Below, piece after piece: positions 59,764-64,000 of a DNA stretch of 64,000 nucleotides. A program made the position numbers and the translations under genes. The DNA is from Paraphysomonas bandaiensis (lineage: Eukaryota; Protista; Chrysophyceae). The notes beneath the pieces are model-generated. The model had not been told where the DNA came from, ran no database searches, and saw only the letters and a program-made list of their open reading frames with translations. How positions within the stretch are numbered: position 1 is the stretch's first letter; each line of letters begins with the position of its first letter. The DNA lies in NCBI GenBank assembly GCA_965644295.1, contig CBFFRP010000049.1, positions 16,037 to 80,036 on the forward strand, given 5' to 3'.

Positions 59764-59913
59764 GTATCGGCATCCTTTGGATATTTTTGTTCCAAGATGC
59801 CTCTTATATTGAGACAACAATTATGTGTATTCCATCCGTAGTTGTATCTGAGTAATATCGAGTAATTTTGCTTCAATTTATTTCCGAAAAAAGAGATGCT
59901 GTCTGTTGAGACG
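59764..59913 (+). mobile_element. M1 MITE copy 6
   Basis: GTATCGGCATCCTTTGG start; M1 body. Confidence 0.8.
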
Positions 59914-60046
59914 CAAGTTCACTGCTCACATCATGCATGCATATCCACAAGTAGGATATGCATGCATTGTGCGTATGATACATAGCCAAATATCTAAATG
60001 CATCATACTTTTCACTTGATTACAATAATTCTACAAAAAGATTATC

Positions 60047-60577
60047 ATGGAAACAACAAAATCTGATGATAAGACATCCCTTGCGGGTGGAAATCAACAG
60101 TCTTCATTAGATACCGTTTTCAAAGCACTCAACATACTAACGTTTCTCTTGGTTATAGTTTCCGTAATTGTCGGTTCATTGACCTTGAAAGATATTGGCA
60201 ACTGTGACGATGATAATTCGTGTCCTACAACATTCGAAACTCTGTCCTCGACTTCGGCAGTTGCCCCTTTATGTGATGCAACATGCGCTCAAGTAAACTA
60301 CAACGATCTGCTTGGCCCTAAGTACTACCTTTACTACTACCTCATGGGGCCAATGAGACTGGTGAAGAGCGATATCACGGGAGATGAAACTATCTACTCA
60401 GATAACATGGGTGCTGTCAATGATTTGCAGCCGCTGTTGTGCAACTATACCGCTTCGACTGGTAATACGACAGCGACAGTGTTTCAGTACGACTCTACCA
60501 CTGAAGAATTTACGAGAGTGATCACGACTGTCCCAAAGGTGTGTGGTGCTATCAAAACTAGAAATAGTGAGGGTTGA
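60047..60577 (+). CDS. Hypothetical type II membrane protein (probably continues in further exons)
   Basis: ATG-initiated ORF with one TM helix and a Cys-containing ectodomain. Confidence 0.55.
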   Translation: METTKSDDKTSLAGGNQQSSLDTVFKALNILTFLLVIVSVIVGSLTLKDIGNCDDDNSCPTTFETLSSTSAVAPLCDATCAQVNYNDLLGPKYYLYYYLMGPMRLVKSDITGDETIYSDNMGAVNDLQPLLCNYTASTGNTTATVFQYDSTTEEFTRVITTVPKVCGAIKTRNSEG

Positions 60578-60787
60578 GACTAATATTTTATTTTGTTTGG
60601 CTTTAGGCTTCGGGGGGGTATGCTATCTGCACGACGCTCAACAAAACCTCTGCTTCTTATGCCGCTTTGATTCAGGGTGAGGCCTATTACGGGTCTGCAA
60701 CACTTTTCGGAGTCGATTACGACACTATTTACGCTCCAATTTTTGATTACAATACTGGCGACATTATTGGTTGTCTGTATATTGGTT

Positions 60788-61285
60788 CACCGGTTTAAAA
60801 GGTGTGACATATATCCACCTCTTGGCATTTTCGCATTGCGCTAGATCTAGTATATCCTGTAGCAGAGTGGCATCATGGATTATAAGCAATATGTGAGATA
60901 TAGTATGATTATACATTGTTTTGGAATGAAAAGAAAGTTGTGGTAGGAGTAATTGTTTTAATGCAATTTTATGCCGTGAATCTTTTTGTTTTTCCTCCGA
61001 CCCGTGCCACATTATTCCCTATTCCCAGTCAGTAATGATATGTAGCTATGCATATGATGGAGTCAATCGAAGTTGAAGCTAATGTATGAGCTACCCTCCC
61101 CCAGCAAGCTACTGGCCTCCTCGATTAGGGTTAGGGCTCACCAGTTTAAAAGGTGTGACATATTTCCACCTCTTGGCATTTTCGCATTGCGCTTGATCTA
61201 GTATATCCTGTGGCAGTGTGGTTTCATGAATTATAAGCAAATGTGAGATGTAGAATGTTTATACATTGTTTTGGAATGAAAAGAA
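60788..61285 (+). repeat. Local ~147-bp direct duplication (60788-60934 / 61138-61285) with (TTAGGG)2 at the second junction
   Basis: TCACC.GTTTAAAAGGTGTGACATAT...GGAATGAAAAGAA occurs twice. Confidence 0.85.
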
Positions 61286-61977
61286 CGTTACTATGTTACT
61301 ATGATAGTGCATGCAATAGTTTAGATGATAGTGGGTCACGTGTCGAATGTAATTAATCTCACTATCTTTGAATGCGTCCTACTTTTGTTCTTAAAAGCTA
61401 CAATAAAAACCCCAGGATTACACGCGTGCACTACTTTCTAATGTTATTGTCGAACAATTATTACTATATGGAGCGAATAACACATCATACAATACCAAAT
61501 ATATTAACACATAACTAATAACTGCCGCATAATGACAGCGTAACTAATCACCGCGTTTAACCGTCTAGTGAAAAAAAACTTTGTGCATATAACCCACAAT
61601 TTATGTATAAATCTACATATTTTGGGTGCATTTTGATGATAAACACTCCGCTCCATGCAGAGTGCGGTACACATCTATCCAATACATTAATATCTTGTAC
61701 ATACATATCTATATCATATCATTACACAAATATATAGTGCTACTTCATACACACATAAATGGGGAGTGCTCTTATTGCATATGCATCTTTCTTAATCTCT
61801 TCTCACTCTTATACTACTGAGATGTTAAGATACTAAAATCATAGTGCATAGTGGCCATCCATTGCATCACTCTAGAGCAGATAGGTACTTCAAAGATGTC
61901 GATTAACATACAGAACAAAGAATCTGATGAAAAGACACTTTTGTGTGTGCAATACTAAAAATTAACCTAATCTGATA

Positions 61978-64000
61978 TATTAGGAGTCATTGAATCACGT
62001 ATATCTCTTAACGCGTGAATACAACACACATATACAATGAAATACCAAATAGACTGAATAATTACCAAACTATACATGATACGCGACTGTACAAGATACG
62101 CACATGTGTGTGGTGCTAACGCTCTGCTCAAACGTGTCTTGCTATTATACTATTAGGCCTTATCGTTCCATCTTTATCTCTAATAATATCAAGTATATTC
62201 TTACTAAATATTAAGACTAACCTTAAATCTTATTTTGGCAGCGGATGAGTTCTAAGACTAACAGTTACGATAACTCCGACTCCGACTCATCGGACAAGAG
62301 GAAGGATTCCATGCCACCCTTCGACGCCAAGAACTTCTCAAAATGGCAGAAGAAAAGTAGAGCCTGGTTCTTTCGTAAGCCTAAGATAGTATACATCCTA
62401 AGAAACGATGCGCCAGAGGAGCCTATACGTCAAGAGGAAGAAACAGAAGAGGACTACCTATACAGGAAAAACGCCTACGACGAAAATATGCAGTATTTCG
62501 AGGAGGGCAACAATTACCTATGGTCACTTCTATCCAGCGCGGTGATTGGCCAAAACGAGGAAGCAGAGGGTATTATCGAAACAGTCCCTGAAGGAGATGG
62601 AAAAAGGGCATGGTCAGAGATCGAAAAGCATTTCAAAGACAAGACCTCAAATGATACGATAACCGACCTCATTGGCCAACTGCAATCAATCAAAATCAAG
62701 CAAGCTCAAACAATCAATCAATTCCTGGACGAAGTCGAAAAATTGCGATTAAAGCTCGCTACACATGGCCACAAAGTCTCTGAACAAGACCTTATTTCAA
62801 GAATACGACAAGGGATGGTCTCAAATGAGAACCAGACCTATAAGGACCTGGCAATCAACCTCCAAATGAACCCAATTGATGATTATAAAACGCTGATAAG
62901 AAGATTGAGAGCATTCGAGCATTCCACTGTAGGCTCCCTACTATCACAAAATACGGAAACCAAACGGGACAGCGCAAACTACAGCTCAACAGGCAAACAG
63001 CCGTTTAACCCCCGTCTACCGAAGAAGCAGAAGCACAACAACGGGCAGCGAAAACAGAAGAAATTCAACAAGCCCAGCAAAGTCACAAGAGCCTCGCGCG
63101 AAGTTAAGTGCTTCAGATGCAATGGATCCAACCACATTGCAGCAGAGTGCAAGCACTCGTGGGAACACATACAACAGATGCAGAAGTCCACAAACAAACG
63201 AAACGACGACAAAAGAGGGAAAGGGCATCACTCCAAGAACACATCATCAAAATACCCAAGAAACAGTCATCGGGATTCGAACTTAAGACTGGAAGACTAT
63301 GACGATGAGGGGCCAAACGATGACAATGACTACAGTGCATTCTCTGGGATGATCACAGACAACCACGTCCTACATACGGAACACGAGAAGCAGGAATTTG
63401 GCATTCTAGACTCTGGCTGCACAATATCAATTACAGCAGCACGAAGCTTACTCTCCGAATTCACTTACGATCAAACCACAATTTACACCGCCAAATCAGG
63501 ATCAGAAATGCAGGCATTGGGATACGGCAAGCTTGGACTGATTAGCAAGTGCAGGCTAGTTCCAGACGCGTCAAAGACTTTAATTTCCATCAGCCAGTTG
63601 ACAACAGACGCCAACTGCAATATTATATTCGGACCAAACGAGGCACGCGTATACCACGATGGAATTTTGTTAACCACAGCCAGGAAACAAAACGGTCTAT
63701 ACGAGATCAAATTATCCGATTTAGGTTACATCCAAGACCAGTGCAACTTGGCATCTACATCAAGCGGTTCCTCGATCTCCCTGGCACATCGAAGGTTGAC
63801 CCACGCATCCATTGGCTTAATTCAAAAAGCACTAAAGTTGAATCTTGTGAAAGGAATCACTATTTCAAAATCCGACCTGAGCTCGCCACAGCTACCAGAA
63901 GGTCTTTGTGATGGCTGCGCACAAGGCAAGGCTCACAGGAGGAAACATAGGCGCGAGACAAGGCAAATGATACCGACAAAAACCAGAAGATCGCAGGAGC
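61978..64000 (+). mobile_element. Second copy of copia family B (runs off the window)
   Basis: 5' LTR 61978-62235, PBS 62236-62247; near-identical reverse complement of 39849-37830. Confidence 0.96.
62245..64000 (+). CDS. Copia Gag-Pol N-terminal part (truncated by window end)
   Basis: MSSKTNSYDNSDSDS..., same protein as 39582 with few substitutions (e.g. CFRC vs CFIC). Confidence 0.95.
   Translation, partial: MSSKTNSYDNSDSDSSDKRKDSMPPFDAKNFSKWQKKSRAWFFRKPKIVYILRNDAPEEPIRQEEETEEDYLYRKNAYDENMQYFEEGNNYLWSLLSSAVIGQNEEAEGIIETVPEGDGKRAWSEIEKHFKDKTSNDTITDLIGQLQSIKIKQAQTINQFLDEVEKLRLKLATHGHKVSEQDLISRIRQGMVSNENQTYKDLAINLQMNPIDDYKTLIRRLRAFEHSTVGSLLSQNTETKRDSANYSSTGKQPFNPRLPKKQKHNNGQRKQKKFNKPSKVTRASREVKCFRCNGSNHIAAECKHSWEHIQQMQKSTNKRNDDKRGKGHHSKNTSSKYPRNSHRDSNLRLEDYDDEGPNDDNDYSAFSGMITDNHVLHTEHEKQEFGILDSGCTISITAARSLLSEFTYDQTTIYTAKSGSEMQALGYGKLGLISKCRLVPDASKTLISISQLTTDANCNIIFGPNEARVYHDGILLTTARKQNGLYEIKLSDLGYIQDQCNLASTSSGSSISLAHRRLTHASIGLIQKALKLNLVKGITISKSDLSSPQLPEGLCDGCAQGKAHRRKHRRETRQMIPTKTRRSQE

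Noticed and set aside
61523-61570. Weak hairpin plus CTAG as a Helitron 3' end
   Set aside because: Better explained as a truncated end of repeat B; the hairpin is poor and no Rep/helicase is present
1-64000. tRNA/rRNA genes; prokaryotic origin of the whole contig
   Set aside because: No cloverleaf or rRNA signatures seen; spliceosomal introns and LTR elements show a eukaryotic nuclear contig

Overview
AT-rich, intron-containing eukaryotic nuclear DNA, probably a stramenopile/ochrophyte-like protist (inferred from gene and TE types). Host genes include an ankyrin gene built from 99-bp exons, a secreted Fn3-associated/GFxGGF-repeat protein, a fucosyltransferase-like GT, a TPR-sulfotransferase, a SnoaL-like protein, a CS-domain protein, a cyclin-Y-like protein, exostosin GT47, cytochrome b5 reductase, an alphaproteobacterial-type ornithine decarboxylase, an F-box/PPCPW-ankyrin protein and an acyltransferase-3. 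These are interleaved with many mobile elements. Three young Ty1/copia copies from two families have non-canonical TA..TA / TA..TT LTR termini and share a TGGCAGCGGATG primer site that overlaps the gag start codon. Also present are a Kolobok-like TIR element with cargo, a CMC-like pack element with a nested hAT, and several MITEs. Highlights: (1) an intronless 1505-aa repeat/ARM/TKL-kinase gene next to a decayed bacterial IS66 transposase, suggesting HGT, boxed by inverted and direct repeats; (2) a 565-bp fold-back palindrome made from a copia integrase fragment, a candidate anti-TE hairpin RNA; (3) a ~150-bp structured MITE sitting 120-180 bp upstream of the ATG of four unrelated genes, in the same orientation each time. 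All calls were made by eye with no database searches.
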